DNA from: Patescibacteria group bacterium
Lineage (GTDB): Bacteria > Patescibacteriota > Patescibacteriia > Veblenbacterales > UBA10138
NCBI GenBank assembly: GCA_018817715.1
Contig: JAHITT010000004.1
Span: 19,751 to 83,750, forward strand
Direction: 5' to 3'
DNA length: 64,000 bases
Under the pieces are notes generated by a model, which worked only from the letters and a program-made list of their open reading frames with translations, was not told the origin of the DNA and ran no database searches. How positions within the stretch are numbered: the first letter of the stretch is position 1; each line of letters opens with the position of its first letter. Positions 57,023-64,000 of the stretch are shown here, piece by piece. The position numbers were made by a program, and so were the translations under genes.

Positions 57023-59971
57023 ATGAAAATCACTGACCATCACGCAAAATACTTTGCCTACGAACTCACCAAGCGATGTCCATCGGACAGCTTGGAGAAA
57101 TTGTCGTCTACGCTTTCCAACGCACAAGTTGATCTTAATCCTCATCAGATAGAGGCGGCGCTGTTTGCATTTCGATCGCCACTCTCTAAAGGAGCTATCC
57201 TTGCTGATGAGGTTGGTCTTGGAAAAACAATTGAGGCAGGACTCGTGCTCTCGCAAAAATGGGCTGAAAGAAAACGAAAGATACTGCTTATCTTGCCCTC
57301 GAGTTTACGTAAGCAATGGAACGCTGAATTGCAAGAGAAATTCTTTTTGCCATCGATTATTTTAGAAGCAAAATCATTTAATCAGTATATTAACGGCGGT
57401 AACCTCAATCCATTCGAGCAGGAAGATGTGATCGTTATTTGCTCGTATCACTTCGCTCGATCAAAGGCGGCCTATATTAAAAAAATTAAATGGGACCTGG
57501 CAGTTATTGATGAAGCACACCGACTTCGTAATGTGTATAAAACCAACAATAAAATCGCTCGGGAAATTAAGAATGCACTCTCCGAAGTTCCGAAAATTCT
57601 TCTTACAGCAACACCACTTCAAAATTCACTGCTTGAGCTCTACGGATTAGTGAGCATCATTGATGATCATGTGTTCGGAGACCTTACGAGTTTTAAAGTG
57701 AACTATGCCCGTCTTTCACGTGAGCAGGACGTGTATGACGGCGAAGCTGGATTTGTTGAACCACGACAGGAGATGTTCATGGATTTACGCAACCGGCTCA
57801 AGCAGGTATGTACCCGAACACTTCGTAGGCAGGTTTTGGAGTATATAAAATATACCAAGCGTATCCCACTCACTCAGGACTATATTCCGACCGAAGATGA
57901 GATCCGGCTTTATGATGGCATGTCCGAATATCTGCAAAGACCCAAGCTTTTCGCATTGCCTTCCAGTCAACGACAGCTGATCACGCTTATCCTACGTAAG
58001 CTTCTCGCCTCATCGTCCTTTGCTATTGCCAGCACTCTCAACAGTTTGGTATTTAAACTTTCTGCGCTGATTGAGGAGGCCGAGAAAGCAAAAACAGTTA
58101 AGGAAACCGGTATCGCCGGACTCGAAGACAACTTTGAGAACCTTGAGGAAATATCGGACGAGTGGGTTGACGATGAAGAGAGTGATGAGGAGTCCGAAAA
58201 AGATGCGCCGAAAATAAAATACACCGACGAGGATATCGCGCTGATGAGGACGGAAAAAGCTGATCTGGAAAAATTCCGAGATATGGCCAAGAAGATTCTC
58301 AAGAACTCTAAAGGAGAGGCTTTACTTATTGCCCTCGAAAAAGGTTTTGAGATGACAAATAAGTTGGGAGCAAAAAAGAAAGCTATCATATTTACCGAGT
58401 CGACCATTACTCAGAATTACTTGTATTCCGATCTCCTTTCAAAGGGTGGGTATGACGGCAAAATAGTTCTCTTTAACGGATCGAACAACGACGATAAATC
58501 AAAGCAGATTTATGCCGACTGGATCAGGGTTAATAAAGACACGGATAAAATAACCGGCTCAAAAACCTCGGACATGCGCGCCGCGCTCGTTGACTACTTC
58601 CGTGATGAGGCGGAAATAATGATTGCGACCGAAGCGGCGGCCGAGGGCGTGAACCTCCAGTTCTGTTCACTGCTGATCAACTACGACCTCCCTTGGAACC
58701 CTCAGCGTATTGAACAGCGTATCGGCCGATGCCACCGTTACGGCCAGAAGCATGACGTTGTGGTTATTAACTTCGTGAACCGTAAAAATGCGGCCGATCA
58801 GCGTGTCTACGACCTGCTCGATCAGAAGTTCAGCCTGTTCAAGGGCGTATTCGGAGCAAGCGATGAAGTGCTTGGTGGCATCGAGTCCGGAGTTGATTTT
58901 GAGAAGCGTATCGCGGCCATTTATCAGTCGTGCCGAACCGAAGAAGAAATCACTGGTGCGTTTGATACCCTGCAAAAACAGATGGACGAGAGCATTCAAA
59001 ATAACCTCCGTGATACTCGTCAGAAATTGCTGGAAAACTTCGATGCGGAAGTACATGAAAAACTCAAAGTTAACCTTAAAGAAAGCAAGGCTTATCTGGA
59101 TACTTATACGAGCTGGCTTTGGGACGCCACAAAATATTATCTTGGCGATAACGCGGAGTTTGCGGAGCACGAATATTCATTCACGCTTAAAAATAATCCC
59201 TTCCCTAATGAGCAGATCGACCCGGGACCTTATAAGATTGGTAAAAATATAGACGACGCACATATTTATCGTCCTGGACATCCTCTAGCACAAAAGATTC
59301 TTGGCGAGATTAAAGCCAAGGTATTTGACGATGCTGAAATCACTTTTGACTACTCAAGCAACTCCACGATTATTTCTATTCTAGAACCTCTTGTCGGCAA
59401 GAGTGGTATTTTGAAAGTGTCCAATTATACCGTTGAGGCCTTTGAGGCCGAGGATGCGGTGGTTGTATCGGCTATTGATGAATCAGGAAATCCGGTAGAT
59501 GGAGAAATAGCTAAGAAACTTTTTTCTATCGCAGCTCAAACTGTGAAGACCGCCACACTTTCTCCGGAAGAGAAAACAAAGCTCGGCGAACTCGAAGACC
59601 AGACTGTTGGGATTGTTTCTACTCGAATTGCCGAGCGCAACAGCGAGTTTTTTGACAATGAGGTAGACAAGCTCGATAAGTGGGCGGAGGATATGAAAAA
59701 AGCTGTTGAGCTTGATCTCAAGAAGCTGGATGTTGACATTAAAATTTCCAAGACCAACGCCAAGAAAATCTTAAACCTCGATGAGAAATTGAAAGCCCAA
59801 CGAGGTATTAAGGATATGGAGAAGAAGCGCAATGAGATGCGCAAAAAGTTATATGAGGCTCAGGACGATGTGGAAGGCAGAAAAGAAAAACTTATCGGAG
59901 AAGTGGAGGCTCAATTGAAACAAAAATCAAAACTTGAGTCGCTGTTCACCATCCGGTGGAGAGTCGTTTAA
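57023..59971 (+). CDS. SNF2-family ATPase/helicase with acidic insertion and ~340-aa C-terminal coiled-coil extension
   Basis: Motif I LADEVGLGKTIEAG, motif II DEAHRLRN, motif III LLTATPLQNS, motif VI QRIGRCHRYGQ. Acidic DEWVDDEESDEESE stretch. Lys/Glu-rich heptad-like C-terminus. Confidence 0.85.
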   Translation: MKITDHHAKYFAYELTKRCPSDSLEKLSSTLSNAQVDLNPHQIEAALFAFRSPLSKGAILADEVGLGKTIEAGLVLSQKWAERKRKILLILPSSLRKQWNAELQEKFFLPSIILEAKSFNQYINGGNLNPFEQEDVIVICSYHFARSKAAYIKKIKWDLAVIDEAHRLRNVYKTNNKIAREIKNALSEVPKILLTATPLQNSLLELYGLVSIIDDHVFGDLTSFKVNYARLSREQDVYDGEAGFVEPRQEMFMDLRNRLKQVCTRTLRRQVLEYIKYTKRIPLTQDYIPTEDEIRLYDGMSEYLQRPKLFALPSSQRQLITLILRKLLASSSFAIASTLNSLVFKLSALIEEAEKAKTVKETGIAGLEDNFENLEEISDEWVDDEESDEESEKDAPKIKYTDEDIALMRTEKADLEKFRDMAKKILKNSKGEALLIALEKGFEMTNKLGAKKKAIIFTESTITQNYLYSDLLSKGGYDGKIVLFNGSNNDDKSKQIYADWIRVNKDTDKITGSKTSDMRAALVDYFRDEAEIMIATEAAAEGVNLQFCSLLINYDLPWNPQRIEQRIGRCHRYGQKHDVVVINFVNRKNAADQRVYDLLDQKFSLFKGVFGASDEVLGGIESGVDFEKRIAAIYQSCRTEEEITGAFDTLQKQMDESIQNNLRDTRQKLLENFDAEVHEKLKVNLKESKAYLDTYTSWLWDATKYYLGDNAEFAEHEYSFTLKNNPFPNEQIDPGPYKIGKNIDDAHIYRPGHPLAQKILGEIKAKVFDDAEITFDYSSNSTIISILEPLVGKSGILKVSNYTVEAFEAEDAVVVSAIDESGNPVDGEIAKKLFSIAAQTVKTATLSPEEKTKLGELEDQTVGIVSTRIAERNSEFFDNEVDKLDKWAEDMKKAVELDLKKLDVDIKISKTNAKKILNLDEKLKAQRGIKDMEKKRNEMRKKLYEAQDDVEGRKEKLIGEVEAQLKQKSKLESLFTIRWRVV

Positions 59972-59973
59972 TT

Positions 59974-60000
59974 CAGTTGTCCGGAATTTCCGGACAACTG
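59974..60000 (+). terminator. 27-nt perfect hairpin (13-bp arms) right after the SNF2 stop; terminator or operator
   Basis: cagttgtccggaa-t-ttccggacaactg followed by moderately U-rich gtagaattatt. Confidence 0.4.
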
Positions 60001-60029
60001 GTAGAATTATTAACAATTAACTTAAAATT

Positions 60030-60869
60030 ATGACAGAAAACAACAACAAACTCATCGCAATCTTTGAAGACCAGCCAGTACGCCGCACTTGGGATGGAAA
60101 GGCGGAAAAGTGGCTTTTTAGCGTCGTGGACATAGTCGGAATCTTGAGTCAGAGTGCTGACCCAAGGAACTACTGGAAAGTGCTAAAAAACCGTTTAAAT
60201 AAGGAAGGAAGTGAAGTGGTTACAAAATGTAACCAGTTGAAAATGCTAGCCCCAGACGGCAAGATGCGCGAAACCGATGCGGCAGACGTGGAGACAATAT
60301 TCCGCCTTGTGCAATCGGTGCCCTCTCCCAAAGCGGAGCCCTTTAAGCTTTGGCTCGCAAAGGTCGGTTATGAGCGCATGCAGGAAACAGTTGACCCTGA
60401 ATTGGCGGTAAGTCGCGGACGTAAAAATTGGCAGGCGATGGGACGAAGCCAGAAATGGATTGAGCAAAGGATGTTAAGCGTAGAGACTAGAAATAAACTG
60501 ACTGATTACTGGTCGGATCATGGAATCAAAAAAGGCGAGGAGTTCGCTAAGCTGACAAATATAATCCACCAAGAATGGAGCGGTCTTTCCGTAAAAAGTC
60601 ATAAAAATCTCAAGAACTTGAAGTCGCAGAACTTACGTGACCACATGAGTGAGGCCGAGATAATTTTTACCTCATTGGCTGAACTGTCCACACGGCAGAT
60701 TTCTGAAAAAGAAAAGTCGGAGGGTTACGGACAGAACGAAGTCGTGGCGCGAAAAGGCGGACAGATTTCCGGCAATGCACGCAAAGCCCTGGAGGAACAA
60801 ACTGGCAAAAAGGTCGTGAGCTCGGAAAATTTCTTGCCGACAAAAAAAGAACCAAAGAAGCTGAAATAA
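60030..60869 (+). CDS. Bro-N domain protein, DinD-like
   Basis: IAIFEDQPVRRTWDGKAEKWLFSVVDIVGIL matches the Bro-N core. Stop TAA at 60867-60869 abuts the ATG of the methyltransferase at 60871. Confidence 0.65.
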   Translation: MTENNNKLIAIFEDQPVRRTWDGKAEKWLFSVVDIVGILSQSADPRNYWKVLKNRLNKEGSEVVTKCNQLKMLAPDGKMRETDAADVETIFRLVQSVPSPKAEPFKLWLAKVGYERMQETVDPELAVSRGRKNWQAMGRSQKWIEQRMLSVETRNKLTDYWSDHGIKKGEEFAKLTNIIHQEWSGLSVKSHKNLKNLKSQNLRDHMSEAEIIFTSLAELSTRQISEKEKSEGYGQNEVVARKGGQISGNARKALEEQTGKKVVSSENFLPTKKEPKKLK

Positions 60870-60870
60870 T

Positions 60871-62457
60871 ATGACTAATAAAAAGCAAAAACTGGAGTTA
60901 ACGTGGATCGGCAAAGACGAAGAGCTCAAGCTTGAGCCGAGGATTTTGATTGAGGACCCGGACAAGTCCTACGGCGACAAGTCGGCCGAGAATATGCTCA
61001 TCCACGGCGATAACCTCCTCGCGCTCAAAGCCCTCGAGCAGGACTTCGCCGGACGTATTAAATGCATCTATATCGATCCTCCGTATAACACAGGCAGTGC
61101 GTTTGAACATTATGACGATAATCTTGAGCACTCCACATGGCTCAGCTTAATGAGACCAAGACTAGAGATTTTAAAGAACCTTTTGCATAAAGATAAGGGT
61201 AGTATTTGGATTTCAATTGATGCAGACGAAAGTCATTATCTGAAAGTACTTTGTGATGAGATTTTTGGAAGGTCTAACTTTATAGATGAAGTTATTTGGC
61301 AACGATCATATGCACCAATAAATTTAAAGAAAACATTTTCTAGAAATCACGACGCTATTTTAGTCTATGCAAAAAACAGTTCCGGTTTTGAATTAAATAA
61401 ACTAGAAAGATCAGAAAAATTAAATGATAGTTTTACTAATCCTGATAATGATCCAAGAGGACCTTGGGCATCAGGCCCCATACAAGTTGGACCGCGTGTT
61501 GAGTCTAGGGTTTATGAGATAAAAACTACAAATGGACGAGTTATTGTGCCGCCCCCACAAGCTTGTTGGAGATTCTCTGAGGAAAAATATAAAGAAATGG
61601 TTGCGGATAATCGGATATATTTTGGACCTAACGGGGACAATGTCCCCCGTGTAAAGAGATTTTTATCCGAAGTTAAAGACGGGGTTGTACCGATGACTCT
61701 TTGGTTAAGAGATGATGTTGGAGATAACCAAGAAGCAAAAAAAGAAATCAAGAAATTATTTACCGATGATGTCTTTGATACACCAAAGCCAGAACGTCTC
61801 ATAAAACGAATTCTTGATCTTGGTTCTAATAACGGAGATTGGGTTTTAGATTCTTTCCTTGGTTCCGGTACTACTTCCGCCGTGGGGCATAAAACTGGAA
61901 GGAAGCATATCGGAATTGAATTCGGCGATCATGCCGATACACATTGCTTACCTCGATTGAAAAAGGTTGTTGATGGTACTGATGGACTTAAACTCTCCGA
62001 AGAACTTGATTGGAAAGGTGGCGGTGGATTTAAGTTTTATAATCTTGCGCCGAGCCTGCTTCGCAAGGATTCTTTCGGCAACTTCGTGATCGATGAAAAC
62101 TATAACGCTAATATGCTGGCCGCGGCCATGTGCAAACATGAGGGTTTCAAATTCTATCCGGACGAAGCTCTTTACTGGAAGCATGGCAAGTCCACCGAGA
62201 CCGACTTCATTTTCGTAACCACCGGATTCATCACTGCCGAGCAGTTAGATAAGGTAAATAGCGAAATGAAAGCTGGCGAGAGTCTGCTTATTTGTGCCAA
62301 ATCATTCGCACCCGAATGCGAAAACCGTTTTGCTAATATCACGGTCAAGAAAATTCCACAGATGATCTTGGGCAAATGCGAATTCGCCAAGGATAACTAC
62401 GACTTGAACATCATCAAAGCCACGGAAGCGCAGGCGGAAGAATCTAACGAAGCCTAA
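60871..62457 (+). CDS. mod: DNA methyltransferase, Type III Mod-like (beta-class N6A/N4C)
   Basis: ELTWIGKDE N-terminus. DPPYNTG catalytic motif early in the protein. FxGxG AdoMet motif LDSFLGSGTT late. Confidence 0.8.
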   Translation: MTNKKQKLELTWIGKDEELKLEPRILIEDPDKSYGDKSAENMLIHGDNLLALKALEQDFAGRIKCIYIDPPYNTGSAFEHYDDNLEHSTWLSLMRPRLEILKNLLHKDKGSIWISIDADESHYLKVLCDEIFGRSNFIDEVIWQRSYAPINLKKTFSRNHDAILVYAKNSSGFELNKLERSEKLNDSFTNPDNDPRGPWASGPIQVGPRVESRVYEIKTTNGRVIVPPPQACWRFSEEKYKEMVADNRIYFGPNGDNVPRVKRFLSEVKDGVVPMTLWLRDDVGDNQEAKKEIKKLFTDDVFDTPKPERLIKRILDLGSNNGDWVLDSFLGSGTTSAVGHKTGRKHIGIEFGDHADTHCLPRLKKVVDGTDGLKLSEELDWKGGGGFKFYNLAPSLLRKDSFGNFVIDENYNANMLAAAMCKHEGFKFYPDEALYWKHGKSTETDFIFVTTGFITAEQLDKVNSEMKAGESLLICAKSFAPECENRFANITVKKIPQMILGKCEFAKDNYDLNIIKATEAQAEESNEA

Positions 62458-62458
62458 T

Positions 62459-64000
62459 ATGAATACTAAAGCACAAGCAATCAAAAATAGGTTAAGCCTC
62501 CGCAAGCCACAAGCGGATAGTTTGGAAATTCTAGAAAAACTAGCGGATGTTTTGGAGTTGAAAAAGGACGCAGATGTAGTCAGCGAGCTTTCCAAAGTGC
62601 GAGCCTTGTATCCAACATGCGCTGATTTTGAACGAGACTTTCCATCAGTTTGTTTTTCTTTGGCAACAGGTGTCGGCAAGACTCGGCTTATGGGTGCATT
62701 TATTTCCTATCTCTATGCCGCCAAAGGTGTAAAGAATTATTTTGTATTGGCTCCCAACCTTACCATTTACAACAAGCTCATCGATGATCTCTCAAATCCG
62801 CGAAGCCCTAAGTATGTTTTTCGTGGCATAAGTGATTTTGCCATAACAGCACCACGAATCATTACCGGTGATAACTATGCCGAAGCTCGCCAAAGCACTT
62901 TGTTTAAGGAGTCAGTAAAGATAAACATTTTCAATATCTCGAAGATCAATTCTGAAGTCCGTGGAGGCAAGGAGCCGAGGATCAAACGTCTTTCGGAATA
63001 CCTTGGCGAGTCATATTTCAATTATCTTTCCGAATTGCCAGACCTCGTACTTTTGATGGACGAGTCGCACCACTATCGAGCTGATTCTGGACTCCGAGCA
63101 ATCAATGAGCTCAAGCCAATTTTGGGTCTTGAACTCACCGCAACGCCAATCGATACTAAGGGCGTTAAATTTAAGAATGTTGTTTTTGATTATCCGCTTG
63201 CTCGAGCACTACAAGACGGTTTCGTAAAAGAACCGGCAGTCGCTACACGCCGCGATTTCAACCCTGACCAGTATCGCAACGATCCGAAAGAACTTGATCT
63301 TATAAAGCTTGAGGACGGAGTGCGTATTCACGAAGACACCAAGGTGGCTTTGGATATTTACGCTCGAGATAGCGGTAATCGTTTGGTTAGGCCGTTCGTG
63401 TTAGTTGTCGCTCGAGATACCGATCACGCCAAAGAGATTCGTGGCTTGATTGAGTCGGACCGGTTCTTTGAAGGCCGGTATACCGGCAAGGTGATGGAGA
63501 TTCATTCAAACCAGCGCGGTGAAGAAAAAGAGGAAAATGTACAGAGGCTCATTGATCTGGAAAAGCCGGAAAACCCGATTGAGATTGTTGTACATGTAAA
63601 TATGCTCAAAGAGGGTTGGGACGTTACTAATCTCTACACCATTATTCCTTTGCGTGCGGCCAACTCCCAGATTCTTACCGAGCAGACCATCGGCCGTGGT
63701 TTGCGATTGCCTTATGGCGCACGGACCGGCGTTGAAAAGGTAGACAAGCTCACCATCATCGCTCACGATCGTTTTCAGTCCATCGTGGATGCGGCCAATG
63801 ATCCAAACTCTATAATCCGACAGGAGAATATCATCGAGATTGATCCGGATGCGTTGCCGGAGGCGCAGGAGGTTATTACTGCTTCCTCGGTAATGGAAGA
63901 GGCACTAGCTCTCAAACGCACGGAGATTGCGACTATTGTAAATGAGGCGGATCGCCAAAAAGCGGGCTTGGTTTTAGAGGCCGAACAACTGATCACTGAA
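62459..64000 (+). CDS. res: DEAH-box helicase, Type III Res-like (or DISARM DrmA-like), truncated by window end
   Basis: ATG at 62459, 2 nt after the mod stop. Motif I LATGVGKTRL, motif II LLMDESHHY. The frame stays open to the end of the window. Confidence 0.7.
   Translation, partial: MNTKAQAIKNRLSLRKPQADSLEILEKLADVLELKKDADVVSELSKVRALYPTCADFERDFPSVCFSLATGVGKTRLMGAFISYLYAAKGVKNYFVLAPNLTIYNKLIDDLSNPRSPKYVFRGISDFAITAPRIITGDNYAEARQSTLFKESVKINIFNISKINSEVRGGKEPRIKRLSEYLGESYFNYLSELPDLVLLMDESHHYRADSGLRAINELKPILGLELTATPIDTKGVKFKNVVFDYPLARALQDGFVKEPAVATRRDFNPDQYRNDPKELDLIKLEDGVRIHEDTKVALDIYARDSGNRLVRPFVLVVARDTDHAKEIRGLIESDRFFEGRYTGKVMEIHSNQRGEEKEENVQRLIDLEKPENPIEIVVHVNMLKEGWDVTNLYTIIPLRAANSQILTEQTIGRGLRLPYGARTGVEKVDKLTIIAHDRFQSIVDAANDPNSIIRQENIIEIDPDALPEAQEVITASSVMEEALALKRTEIATIVNEADRQKAGLVLEAEQLITE

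Larger units (their letters stand above)
51889..64000. mobile_element. Integrated element (prophage-like/integrative island) inserted at the tRNA-Asn 3' end; continues beyond the window
   Basis: Serine recombinase gene abuts and overlaps the tRNA. Visibly more GC-rich than the host. Small phage-like ORFs plus a defence-gene cluster. No att repeat found inside the window. Confidence 0.6.

Noticed and set aside
1-64000. CRISPR arrays
   Set aside because: No regularly spaced direct repeats of 24-40 bp were seen anywhere in the window.

Overview
The window looks like a reduced, AT-rich bacterial chromosome of the Patescibacteria/CPR type, with a compositionally distinct integrated element on the right. 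Identifications rest on protein motifs read from the sequence and on sequence features seen by eye; no database searches or folding were run.

Left flank (1-6002, minus strand): a cobalamin cluster. NrdR is followed by an adenosylcobalamin-dependent class II ribonucleotide reductase, a PduO-type adenosyltransferase, a DUF4430 B12-binding protein, and a membrane protein. A B12 riboswitch with an intrinsic terminator then controls a lipoprotein gene and a prenyltransferase-repeat (transcobalamin alpha-barrel-like) protein. Two tandem NrdR boxes sit upstream of nrdR.

Core region (6149-51613): division and housekeeping genes follow (ftsZ, ftsA, dgkA, ybeY, rpsU, yqeY, hisS, lepB, der, pth, mfd, dprA, topA, rel, parAB, lexA, suhB-like). 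There are also CPR-typical surface proteins: a 1511-aa protein with a VirB2-like N-terminus and pilin-like C-terminus, and proteins with DxDxDG calcium-binding repeats. An ars operon (ArsR, thioredoxin-like, ArsP) and an SdpR/SdpI-like pair are present. Five tRNAs are called: Val-CAC, Leu-CAA, initiator Met, a second CAT tRNA, and Asn-GTT. A GIY-YIG nuclease gene lies between two tRNA-CAT genes and overlaps one of them.

Unexplained elements in the core region include a GC-rich nested-palindrome element of about 290 bp after topA. A 57-bp promoter/start duplication brackets a 643-aa repeat-protein gene, and a decayed repeat fragment lies beside it. Perfect palindromes sit upstream of lexA.

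Integrated element (from tRNA-Asn at 51814 to past the window end): sequence visibly more GC-rich than the host. It carries a large serine recombinase whose 3' end overlaps the tRNA, small phage-like regulatory ORFs, and a compact candidate defence module. The module is an AbiEi-like wHTH protein, a 982-aa SNF2-family ATPase with an uncharacterised C-terminal extension, a Bro-N/DinD-like protein, a Type III-like Mod methyltransferase and a DEAH helicase (Res-like or DrmA-like). The last three are translationally coupled. This module is the best candidate for an undescribed system.
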